Shown in pieces: positions 24,143-36,133 of a stretch of DNA of 64,000 bases; the first letter of the stretch is position 1; each line of letters begins with the position of its first letter. This DNA comes from Dimorphilus gyrociliatus (lineage: Eukaryota; Animalia; Annelida): the NCBI GenBank assembly GCA_904063045.1, contig CAJFCJ010000008.1, positions 1,240,001 to 1,304,000 on the forward strand, in the 5' to 3' direction. The notes under the pieces are model-generated. The model did not search any database. It was not told where the DNA came from and saw only the letters and a program-made list of their open reading frames with translations. A program made the translations under genes and the position numbers.

Positions 24143-27100
24143 TTATCCCCTGGGAAATATTGTCCCCAGTGAGATAACAATTGTTGCTAAATAAGTAAAA
24201 AAAAATACTCTATCTAAAACAAGAGCAACAAGTTTCCACTCTTTTACGGCTTTGATTTGAGCTTCTTTGTCATTTACTTTGTTCATATAGGACTTTAAAA
24301 TTCGTTTAATTTCTCTTACATCACTCTCAATGGACGAAGCTTGGGATGAGATTTGCGGATTTATTCTAGGAGTTGAGTTTCCTTTTAATGGTTCAATGTC
24401 ATTTGCTTCCATTGGAGGTGGTTGAAATTTGTTATATTTCAATTCAGGACATCTTATTCTCTTTCTTTCAGATTTTTTACCCGTTTCAACATTTATTACA
24501 TAATCAGTAGTTTTCGGTGAATCATCATTTTGAGCCAATTCATTCTTCATACATAATAACCTCCCAACATAATCAACTATGAACTGTGAAAGAAAAACAA
24601 AGATAGAAGGATTAAAAATTATTTTGCTAGATAATCAAGCTTAATGAAAAAGAAACAGGCTATAAAGCACTTTTAAGGCGTTTCGATCATATACATCTTA
24701 CAGGTACGGTTAGCATGTGTAACAGCCTAGAAGATTAAGATAAAAATAAAAGGAAATACATTTCGATTTTCTCCTTTGTCTTTTTTTTCATTAATGCGAT
24801 AGATATCTGTTTGAACTTCAATATCCTGAATGCAAATCTCAAAGAAAGAGGACAACTCTATAATGTTATTTATAACATTATACTAAGGGAACAGAGAGAT
24901 TTTCTTTTCATTCTTTGAATTTACTTACTTTTTTCAACCACTTTGGCACACGAGATTTCTTATCTCCACGAAAGTATAAATTAATTACAATTACTGACAG
25001 GAACGTTGATAAAGTAATGAGGACCATGTTTAGACAGAAATAGGCACCTGTATTGTTTAAATTTAATAGCATTATATATTTATATATTATAAGTCTTGAA
25101 GACGAATTTGTGGTTAAATTACTTCACTAACAACAGCCATTTAGATAAAAAACATGTTATGAAAGGGAATGTTGAAAGTTATTGATAAACAAACCTATTA
25201 AAGGAACAGATTTTGCAGCAGGAGGAGTTGAATCGGCAAGAAGTAAAAGTAATAGAAAGAACGCAACGAAAATATTCATTCCTGTGAAAAAACATCAAAC
25301 TTTTCGTTATTTATTACTGCAAATAAACCTATTTTCGGTATGGATTTAGAGGCTGGTGGCGTATTATTAGCCAATAGCAGTAGTAAGAAAAAGAATGCAA
25401 CAAAGATGTTCATTCCTAGAATATATTCAATAGCTAAGTATATTTAATGAAAATGTAATTTATATTAAACATTTTTTTCGCGAGAGAATTGTATTGAAAT
25501 TAGACCATAGATGGCGTAGCTGTTCCATCAATCAATTCCTACTTAAAGTCAATTCCCTAGTTTAAGTGGACTTTCAAAGAAATAAACGTTTACAAATAAA
25601 TTGTGTTAACAACTCTACAGTTATGCATATATCAATAATGGTATGTTCTATAAGTATTCACATAAGATGTAGTATAGGCTTGTCAAGGACAAAAAAAACT
25701 GGGTGGCAGAAGGGGAGGGGGAGAGAATCTAAATTTCCTTCCTCTTATAATAATAAAGAGGGAAGGGAAGGGGGAAGGAGTGAGAAATTTGATGTCCCTT
25801 TTCCATTTAAAGCAGAAAAAGAGGGAAAATGCTAAAAAAAATTCGTTGCATAGTGACAAAATAGAATAAACTACATTATTTTTTGTTGGCAACAATGTCA
25901 ACGCTGACAAGGCACAGGAACGAATCGAATTTTTTTTCTCCTTTCTAATTATTATGTAAATTAAGGAATGTAGAAGGAGCAAGAAGGCGAGTCAAGCAAT
26001 CAGTAATTAGCGCAGAAATAGGACACAATCAGGAAAGAATTTTCTGTATCGGTAATTTTCCACATTCTGCGTACACAGTACACTTTATAAGAGAGTTAGC
26101 GATATAAAATGGATGGTAATGTTTAGAAGAAACATCTATTTATACATTGAATATACTAGTCTCCATATATACCAAATTTGCATAAACGATAGTCACGAGC
26201 GAATAATCCGGCAAACCGAAGCAAACCAACAAAAATAGGCATAAATAAATTTTTGATTTAATAGAAACGTCGTGTGGTTTGTTCGATTGCCTCTGAACTA
26301 TTGCTTCTACATCTTTCGTAAGATAACTGACACCTATAAGCCCTTCCAATATGCCATTAAGGCCTAGTTAGATAGATAGTGGATTTTTGGTTTAAATCAC
26401 GTTTTTTTCCTATTAAATAATATGTTCAGAAAATAACGCCCTTTCAAGATATATGATAGATAAGACAATACAAAAACACAAGAGGAAACATGGCTTTCCG
26501 GATAAATCCTTGATCTTTTAATAATCAACCTTGATGGAACGCTACCCAATCTAAAAGATTCATTTTTCAATATAAAACCCTCTCGTAATATTCTCACCTA
26601 GAATCATTTTCGCGGGAGATTCTGGAGGCAGCCAGAAAATAACGAGAGTTAAAGAGGATAAAAGGACGCAAGGCAAAATTAGTATATAATTGTAGAAGGC
26701 CGATTTCCTCTTCACTCTGATATAAAACGTTAAATCTGGATACGGTTCTTCACAGCAGGGATATTTTTTGGTGTGTTTACGAGCAGGAAATCCTAATAGT
26801 TTCCATTCATTAGACTCAACATAGTCATTCGTGTCTATACTGTCTTTGTTATCGTAAAAATCTAAATCTAACTTCCAACCATCGTATGTCCAACTGCCAA
26901 ATTTTAAACTACAATTTTGTATATCAAAAGGAAAATGAGTTATGTCAATTGGACAAGTCGACTTAAAAATTGATCTTGGGATCCATAGGACAGATCCAGT
27001 ATATTGAATAACAGCTAAAGCATCTCTATGCTCTTTTAATCGCGTATCAGCACTATATTGGGAGTAGAGTTATAAATTTTTCGAAGAATATAACGAAAAA

Positions 27101-29219
27101 TTGATGCGCCTTACTAATTATATAAAACTATATCAGGAGTCCATATCTCGTCAATAGGTATACGGACTTGCTCAACATTCTCGAATTTTGTTGGATCCCA
27201 TTTCAGGAAGGCATCTGTCCATGTCTGAAAAGTTGTTGATAATGGATATATACCAAGTCATTAATATAAGTCCTCTAATTCCTTTTTCTTGATTTTATAA
27301 AAGCATATTAAAATGGATTTATATGCCCTCAATTGGAAATAGAAAGAAATGAATTAAAAACTGCTGTGGATAAAAGATAGAATAACTGCACATATAACTA
27401 TTATATAGTGCTAATCATAATCTTTATCGTTCATCTCATGATTAATATAAAATTCAGATTTCGTTTTCTCCTCTATTTTCTTGAGCTCTTTTTTCTCTTT
27501 CTCTTTTGCAACCTTCGCTAAGTAATTAGTTGAAAAAAAATACCAAACTTTTCTAGTTAGCGTTATACCATAGTAAACATACTTGAAAACCATATATTCT
27601 ACTTGTTTTATAGAAGTTACCGTTAGTTTGCAATATACTTACATATCTACTCCACACATTTGTCGTCAGCACTTGGTTCTTTTCATCCAAATCTAGAATT
27701 TGAATGAGGGCTAAGCCATAGGAGACTTTAACTGTTTCTGACGTATTTACAACGGGTCTGCCTAGTTTTCCCGTTTTTTCATAGTTACTCAATAGCCACT
27801 TTATTAATTCTTTCTCTTTTGATAGAGAAAAGTTGGAACCTGAAAGGAATATTTGGTACTTGAAAGATATTCTGACATTTCGAATAATTAATTATTTGTT
27901 GTTCCTTTGAAATATATAATTAATAAAAGCATAAAAAAATATAAGGTGCATTTATAGCATGACGTTCAATGTTAATCTACTTACTCCAGAAAGGTTCAAA
28001 AAAATAAAGTAAAAAAAAAACGCATATGATTAATTCCTCGGGCTATACTTGTCAAAACTAAGTAGAAACTCTATATCTTCTCAAAACTCTAATCTTTTAT
28101 AAACAAAGAATAAGACAAACCTTTTATACATATGAGAAAAAGGAGTAGAAAATTTAAAAACGCCATGATTCGCTTATATATATACTGTATATATACATAT
28201 ATATATATGTACTAATATATATATATATATATAGGGAGAAAGAGAGAGATAAGTTTCCATTCTATACGGTTTGCTTTCTAATACAGTCCACATGTCAGAA
28301 AACATAGCTTTGCCAAGATGCAAACTTTAGCTATTTGTTTTATCATTGGCTATAAACAGAACCACACTTTTTAAAACAGTGTTTAATAATTTGTTAGTAG
28401 TCTCATTCATTGACAAATCGGTCTCAAAAAAAACTCTCAAACTTTTTCATCCGACTTAACTTCTTTTCTTTTGTCGAAAAAGATATCTTAACTACCATCT
28501 TTAGTCATCAATCTCTCTTTCTCTCTTCCTAGTCTCTCTCACTCTCTCTCTTCTTCATTTTCTCCTTATCTTCATCATTTACTTGCTAAATAATACTAGC
28601 TTCGTTTTATTTTAAAACTTTTTATTATTTCTTTTGCTTTTTAATCCTATTTGCTCTTTCATTTGAGCAACTAAAATTTCATCTATCTTAATTAATTTCA
28701 AAGAAAAATATTGGAAAAATATTTCAATTATTAATAAATTAATTATGACTCTTACTAATTGAGAGTTTTAATTGAAAAAGTATAATCTAAAATTACCATC
28801 GTGAGAAGAACCATTAAGTTATTTATAGTACGGTGCTATCATGTTATTTCAACAGTACGGAAACCTTAGGCTGACATACGAAAAAATTGCTTCCACCAGG
28901 ATGCATTCGTTAGCAAATATGCACTAATGATGGTTTTATTACGGATTAAAACAAAAGATACCAGCCCATTTTTTACGCCATAACGATTATACAACAAAAG
29001 AGTAAAAAGAGTAAAATAAATAATGTGAACTGAAGCATTTTGTAGGGGTTACTATTGCTTCCTCCAAGCGTGAAATGGCTTACATAGCGATAATTATATA
29101 TATATCATAGATTTATGAAAAGATATCTATAAGGTTTTTTTAATTTTCTGTTAAATTAAACTACAAAAGCAGATATTTTGCCAATAGAAGCCTATTTATA
29201 TATATATAAATGATTATAT

Positions 29220-29259
<40 letters not shown>

Positions 29260-32200
29260 TTATATATAGTACCTGGATATATATTCAAGGTGTAATAATA
29301 GATAAAAAACTAAACATTGCAGCGAGAGATTTAAGCTAAAAATAGATCGTATAACACGATGCACTTTTGTTATTCTACCGGCCCAAAATCCTTAAACTGA
29401 CACATAAAAAAGATTAGTACTGTCCGTATAGAAATTGGTATTGAATTGGAAATGTATTATGCGTTCCATTGCTATCCTAACTCTTTGTAAAAAGCTCGTA
29501 ATAAAGTAGTCATTAATTTCGTATAAATAATTAGAATATTTTATAATGAATCCTCGCATTACCAAAAGTTAGAAGTTATTTTTTGGTATTAGTTTTCAAG
29601 GGCCATCTATAGATTAAAGAAAGAGCTGATTTAAGTATTAGACCTTACTTTTAATTAATTCATTCATGTTCTCTTTGTTAACTTTGCTATCATTATATTT
29701 TATATATGAATTTTAAAGATGACAATGTTTTATTAAACACTTTTTTCTTCGCTAATTACATTTCTATTGTGCGCTAAGGGGCTTGATTAAGAAGATTAAT
29801 AAATATTTAATTTCATACTGATTCCTAAAAGATTTAAACCTGTACTCTATGGAAGTTGAGAAGAACGCTTTCTAGACTATACACACCTGCTATCTCACTT
29901 TTTTTTATATTTTTGCTGAAGACGTTATATTTTCCTGGCTCGGAAATGCGGAAGGCTAGAAAACTATCCTACTGCATATCGAGTTCCGATGAAACGCAGT
30001 CCAATGAAAATTGCTTATGACTTCATAGAATAAAAAATTGCTTGGCTAATAGAAGATTTTCGGATGTTATTAACGATATCTGATGCTGACGAATAAGTGA
30101 CAAGAGAAGACACTGGGATCCAGTTGGGGAAAGCTTAAAAAAATAAAATCCCAGGAATAGTATATAGTAGAGTGCGCAGCTGTCAATTTTACAGATGAAT
30201 ATCTGCAAATCAATGCCAATCAGTGTATAGTCTCTGATCCTAATAAAAACAGATCAATTCGAGTTAACCCTGAAGAGAAAATAACGACTAATAAGCTATA
30301 TTAGAATTTTAAAGCGCAACAACTATAAAATTACAATTTCAATCAATCATTTCTCATCATTCCATTAGTCTTTCGTTAAATTATATCTTGGTAAAAAAAT
30401 TACATTTATATCTTAGAATAGTACTGTCATATTCAGTTATCTACAATCAATATCAAGCAGACAACCCATTGACTCCTATTTTTGCTACTTTGCATTAGGT
30501 ACAATACTTCATAGGAGTATGGTGTTGAGGTTGCGATGAATGGTACCTTAGAGGTTACAAGAGGTCAATATTTTATTATTTAATTTTTATCCTTGTTTCC
30601 TTTGACGTTATTTTATTGGGGGAAAAAAATAAGCTATTACTTTAACTAATGAATATATAAGTTGAAAATTTGCTACATTTAACAGTCACCGAAACCCTGC
30701 ATGACGTCACTCTTATTATACACCTGTTACAGTTTCCTTTTTATAGGTGGGTTATTAAGAGCAAATGCTTTAATCAGTGGCATTTTTAATAAAAGCGTTT
30801 TACAGACAAAAGTCCTTCAACTGCACTACGCTGTGACATTGGTATTTCTGATACACCTGCGTTTCGTTCGACAGTTTAATAAATCGAGTTCACATAGTGC
30901 TTTTCATATAAACGATTAATCTTTGCTATATTATCAAGAATAAATAGTGTAAACATTGTGTTAGAACATCCCATTGAATAGATAAATAAAAAAAAAGCAT
31001 ATATTAAAAATCAATTCGTTTACGATTGTTGCTTTTATCCAATTTTCAATATTACTTCCATTAAATCTGTTTTATAGTATAAATAAAAACTACATCGAAA
31101 ACAGACAAACTCTGCTTTTTTAATGAAATTTCATTACGAAATAAAAAAACTAGTCCAAGATATCTATCAAAACCCTAAATACAACTGCTTGACTTATTTT
31201 ACTTAATTTACGTATAAATCATTTGTCAGGAATTTGTTAGAATTTTGACAAAGCGTAACCGGTATTTGGTGGGGCCGATGATTTCCAGAGCGAGTGAGGG
31301 AGAAAGAAGAGAGAAAAAGATAAATAAAGAGAGGCATATATAAAAATTTTTAGTTATACGTTGATTTACTTTTCCTATTTGGTATAAAATAAGCTTCTCT
31401 TGTACTTCCTTACAAATTGACATCCTGGTTGCATCCGTACTTTATTCTAATTTAAAAACATTATCTTTGAATGATTTAGTCATTTTGCGTTAAAGGGTAC
31501 AAAATAGATAATTCCAATAGGGATAGAAGTTTTTATGCAATTCTGATAGGAGAACACTGATAAACTCAATTGGGTGATGTTCTCTTGACAAATTGCCTTG
31601 ATGAGATGTCTGTCAGACATATTAGTGCCTCCTATAAATAAATTGTGTCTATATATAATGGCTTGTAAAATTAATCTATTTTCGTAAAATTATGATTATT
31701 AGCATGCCTCAGGCGTACGATAAAAAGACATCAATATCTTACGCCTTACGCCCTAAGTCGGACATTTTACTTGACTGATATCTATCCGTTCGATCTAAGC
31801 TATTTCTAAACAATCAATCAAAGGAACCTCGGTAGAAGTAAGTGGTTTAAGAAAAGCTTTCTTACACAAGAGATGAACTGAGGAAATAATAAGGCTTTTA
31901 TATTTGAATCTTTACTTTTTTTTCAATTTATTTATTAAAGTTTTATAAATTCCTATTGCAAACAAGTAATTCATAATTTATGGAGAAAATTTGATCTTTT
32001 TTACAAAGAATATTAAGAAAAATTTCTTTTCATCAGTACTTAATGAATAAATTTATATTGTAAGAGCTCATCAACAACATTCAAACATTCATACCTATCT
32101 ACAGATTCTTTAGCCTCACAAAAAAGAAAAAAAAATCAGTTACGAAGATAATTAGCTGAGGTTATTAAGGAACAAATAATTCATCTTCACTTTATTTCCT

Positions 32201-32963
32201 CTATTAAGATATCTTTAAATATTTCACAAACAGAATCAATAGATCGAGAACTGTGGTGTCGGTTTTTGTCATTTTGATCGACAGCGATTTAAATCATTAA
32301 AGGATGACAGACAGAAATCTGATGAAGAAAACTTGGGTGTGAGCTCCTCCAAGAAGTCATTAAATTCCTCATGGTGATTGGTCAAAAAGGCTACAGGCTA
32401 TTCAATTCAATTCAATTCAAAGCGTTTATTGAATTAATAGTAATCGATGGGAAGATATCCTAATAGACTAATCTATTGCACCAATTTAAATTAACCAATG
32501 GCAAAATCATGATAATTATTACTTTTAATGATTAAATGACTACTTTATAAGTGACTACAAATTATGGTAAATAAAATATAAGATATATTCAACAGTTGTT
32601 TTCACACATGAGGACTTTTTGAACCGTTAGAATTTAGCTACCCAAAAACTAATAAAACCTTAATCAATATAAATGTATCTTTTAAAGGAGAAATCAGCTG
32701 ATAAGTTGAGTAAACCTCTAGAGTTTGGTATAAAATTAGTGCGGTAATGCAAATGATATAAAACATGCAAAAGACAAACATCTGCAGGGAGTTGAAGTTT
32801 CAATGATAAACGTAAAAAACTTCTTGTTTTTACCTTCTTTCCTTGTATTTTTTTTGTTTAGACTATTTTTTCCGTAAGTCCTGTCTTCGAAACACCTAGT
32901 TATATCTATTAAAGCAGTTAAAGAGCAGAACGTTGCCAAAAAGTATAGCCTTATCCGCGGCAT
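24143..32963 (-). CDS. Nicotinic acetylcholine receptor alpha subunit, anion-selective clade (paralog B), 7 coding exons, ~512 aa, with a duplicated M2 exon
   Basis: Exons on the minus strand: 32963-32834 (putative signal exon MPRIRLYFLATFCSLTALIDITRC…, G|GTAAAA), 27839-27643, 27224-27115, 27052-26598, 25281-25195 (or 25415-25329), 25047-24929, 24583-24143. The total is 1539 nt and in frame. Motifs: [12 protein letters not shown], Cys-loop [39 protein letters not shown]4 EWKLVALVLDRVFFFTY. Exons 3-6 are the same lengths as in paralog A (110/455/87/119). Confidence 0.93.
25195..25281 (-). CDS. Alternative M2 (pore) exon 5b of nAChR paralog B
   Basis: TTCACAG|GA ATG AAT ATT TTC GTT GCG TTC TTT CTA TTA CTT TTA CTT CTT GCC GAT TCA ACT CCT CCT GCT GCA AAA TCT GTT CCT TTA ATA G|GTTTGT = (G)[28 protein letters not shown](G). 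It is 87 nt, phase 1-1. Confidence 0.92.
25329..25415 (-). CDS. Alternative M2 (pore) exon 5a of nAChR paralog B
   Basis: TTCTAG|GA ATG AAC ATC TTT GTT GCA TTC TTT TTC TTA CTA CTG CTA TTG GCT AAT AAT ACG CCA CCA GCC TCT AAA TCC ATA CCG AAA ATA G|GTTTAT = (G)[28 protein letters not shown](G). It is 87 nt, phase 1-1, with no stops. Confidence 0.9.
32401..32430 (-). repeat. (TTCAA)4 followed by TTTATT; possible 3' tail relic of a non-LTR retrotransposon
   Basis: The minus strand reads AATAAA-CGCT-(TTGAA)4, a polyA signal followed by a short tandem tail. No reverse transcriptase ORF is visible. Confidence 0.3.
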
Positions 32964-33021
32964 GTCTTCTTTTCATCTTTTTCTCTGCTAGTCAATAGAC
33001 GCCTGACTACGTCACGTTTGA

Positions 33022-33030
33022 CGCCCTCTG
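33022..33030 (-). promoter_or_regulatory. CTCF-like motif in the putative promoter of nAChR B
   Basis: The reverse complement reads CAGAGGGCG, ~60 nt upstream of the ATG at 32963. It lies in a GC-rich patch that also has CGTCA CRE half-sites and GGCGGG. Confidence 0.45.
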
Positions 33031-36000
33031 TCGACGCTTTAGGCGGGGAAATCTATGGTATAATAGACGCTAAAAATTTTTTTGAACTATGGTATGAGTA
33101 GGTGAAATATTTAGTAGTAAGTGTTCAAAACCGATAAAAATCGAAACTTATAGCGGAAAATTATGAATCGATGGTAGGAAATAAGGTTTGAAAAATCAAT
33201 GTCAATAAATTTCTCCTTTTCATACACGTCGAACGGTAAAGGGAATTTGCAACATTTTCAGCATGAATGATTTTTAGACCGCTGAAGCATAATAGCAAAC
33301 GGTCCAATAATCACGTTCCAACTAATAAGGCTGCCAAACTATACATATTTATAATAATAATATATATAAATATCTATATGTACCTAAAAATAAATACATT
33401 TATTTGTATATATACAGCATATCTCTAGATATCAGAGATTCAGAAAATCTCTGTATATATATTCATACTAATATATACATTATGTATATGTCGCATACAA
33501 ATATATACTAATAGATTATATATACTGTACGTATATATATAATATTTATAAATAGTTGTACATGTATAATATACAAAGTTTCGTAATTATAGACACATTT
33601 ATACTGTATATATGTAAATGTTTCTTTTTCAATACATATGTTCATAAACATCAATATGAAAAGTATAGACTTTGTTTTAAAAGTAATTGTCTATGCGATT
33701 CTGAAAAGTTTATCTAATTAATAGCTTATTATTAATCAACAATAGTCATTCGAGATTCTATGTTGGTTTCTGATATAAAACCGTATATATACATATAAAT
33801 AGCGTATATATTGTATAAATACTGTATATATATATAATATAAATCTATCAGGAGGCAAACAGAACTGACGCCCTTCCTGTTTTTCTTCAGATCAACGTCT
33901 GGGTCGCTTTCGATTATTCTACGAATTGACAAAGATGTATCTGCCACTCTCTTCTTGCTTTCTCAGTTTTTTTTCTATTGAAAAAGAAATCAATGTTGGC
34001 TTTTGTTTCTTTCACAGGAAGTTGAAACACTTATAGAAAGTTTATTTAGAAGGTCGATCGAATTTATATTATCGATGTTTCTTTTTGTCTTTTTACTTTA
34101 ACTTCTCGTTTTAATAGAAAAGTCAACCGATTTATAGCTAAGCTCGTTTAAAATGTAATCAGCCATTAAATTTGAAAGTTTACTCAAAAAATAAAGAGAA
34201 AAATTTTGCTCTATAACGCTTTTCCTTCGCTCCTTATATTCTATTAAACCCTTTCAGATTGCAAATTCGAAGACAGTTACCTTCTCATTCTGGACTAGTC
34301 AAAAGCTTTTGTTTTCTATTCACGTAGGCTTTTATATATCACTTTGCACCAGGCCTGTCATCTTTCCAAGACTTTCCTGGCTCTTAAGCATTGCTGTCTG
34401 GACGTAATCAAACTATCTCTGACAGGAATTTCTTATATTAAGAAAAATGAGTTAAATTAAACGAATGTTACGCCAAAAAATTTTAAAGAAATGAATGTAA
34501 TATTCAAGAGATTTACTTGTAATAAATGATCTAATGCAAATATATCATCAAAATGGTATATATTACTAATATATATATATATACTGTATATATACATACA
34601 GTATGTATATTTATAAGTGTAGAATTTATATATGTTCATATACTGCTTAGAGTGTATATATTTACTTTATTTAGTTAAGATAATTAAATTACATAGAAAA
34701 ATATACCCTGAGGTATCTATTGGAAAATTTTTTAATTAATACGGTAAAAGAAGGTGATCTTTCTATGTATAAGTCATAAATATTAAAAGAATCTTCATTT
34801 CTCTTACCTAATATCAGTTATGAAAAAGAAAATTGAAATTACTTTTAATATAAGGTTCTTCTTATTTTGATAGAAAAAAAGCTAAGTGCATATAAAGGCT
34901 GAAAGTTCCCTAAGGCTGACTTTTACAGTTTTTCCATTATTTAATAAAATCTTAATGTTGCTTGTATATTTTAGCACTAAATTTACAAGGAAGTGTAGGT
35001 TTTTGTTGAAGGAAAAGTAGCTAAAAAGTAGCTATTGGTTAAGTAACAGTACAAACCTAGTGCTACTTACTTCAACTGTTTTCCATGCTTTTTTTTCTTT
35101 TTACCTGTTTTCTGACACGCAACGATATAGGAATAATATACTATGGGAGAGAAACTGCTTTTCAATTCCTTTATATACGAAGCAGACATATATATAAATA
35201 TATATATACAGCATATATGTTTAGAGTATAATATGAAATACGAGTTTGCTTTCTCAGATTCACCTCTATATATAAACCAATTCTTGTTGCCAAAAGAATT
35301 CGAACAAATGCATTATATAATAGGTTTACAAAAAATTCTAAATAGATGTATTGCCCATATGTCTTGTATATACTGTATAAATGCATCAAAAATATAAATA
35401 GCAAATGCCTTATATATAGAATATATATATATATATATATGTTTATTTATATTATAGACAGACTATATAAGATTAGTAGGCTGTGTAGTAAGTATAGTAA
35501 TTTTCTCTCACACAAAGTATACAATGATAATTATTAGTTTATTCGTTTTTCTTTTGCCTTAATAATTGATTAACATTTTGTTAGACAAAATTAATGAAAA
35601 ATGTGAATAAAAATACACATGTACACGTATATTTTAACAAACTTGATTCCTATACAATTTTCTATCCGCTTGTTGCAGACTGACCATTTCCGGATCTTAG
35701 GTCATAAATATAAGAGTGATTTATAAAGAATGATTCGTCTTATGAGTACCGCTGTTTTTAACCTGCTGACTTGGTGAAAGCTTTTCAATTTAGGCCTAGA
35801 ACATTGCTGCTAGATATTCAGAGGCGAAATGAAGGAGGCTGATTGGCAAAGTGCATTACTTACTAGCGCTATCGCAACTGTTAGATCTAATTTGTGGTTT
35901 TCGAGACGGATTTTTTCTTTCGTCTTTTCCTTTTTTTTGAACATACATACACTGATCATAACACCAACGTAAGATGTACTGTGAACTACTTTAACTTTAC

Positions 36001-36116
36001 AACGAAATATTAAAAAGTATTATCTTAATTATTATATTTATTATTCATTGCTCTATAATCTGTCTTTGATCCCCCTTGCATTCGTCCACGTACAAGTGGA
36101 AAGTTAAAACTATTAA

Positions 36117-36133
36117 CACTAGCGCCATCTACC
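36117..36133 (-). promoter_or_regulatory. CTCF-like motif, intergenic
   Basis: The reverse complement reads GGTAGATGGCGCTAGTG, a long match to the CTCF consensus including the GCGCTAGTG extension. Confidence 0.55.
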
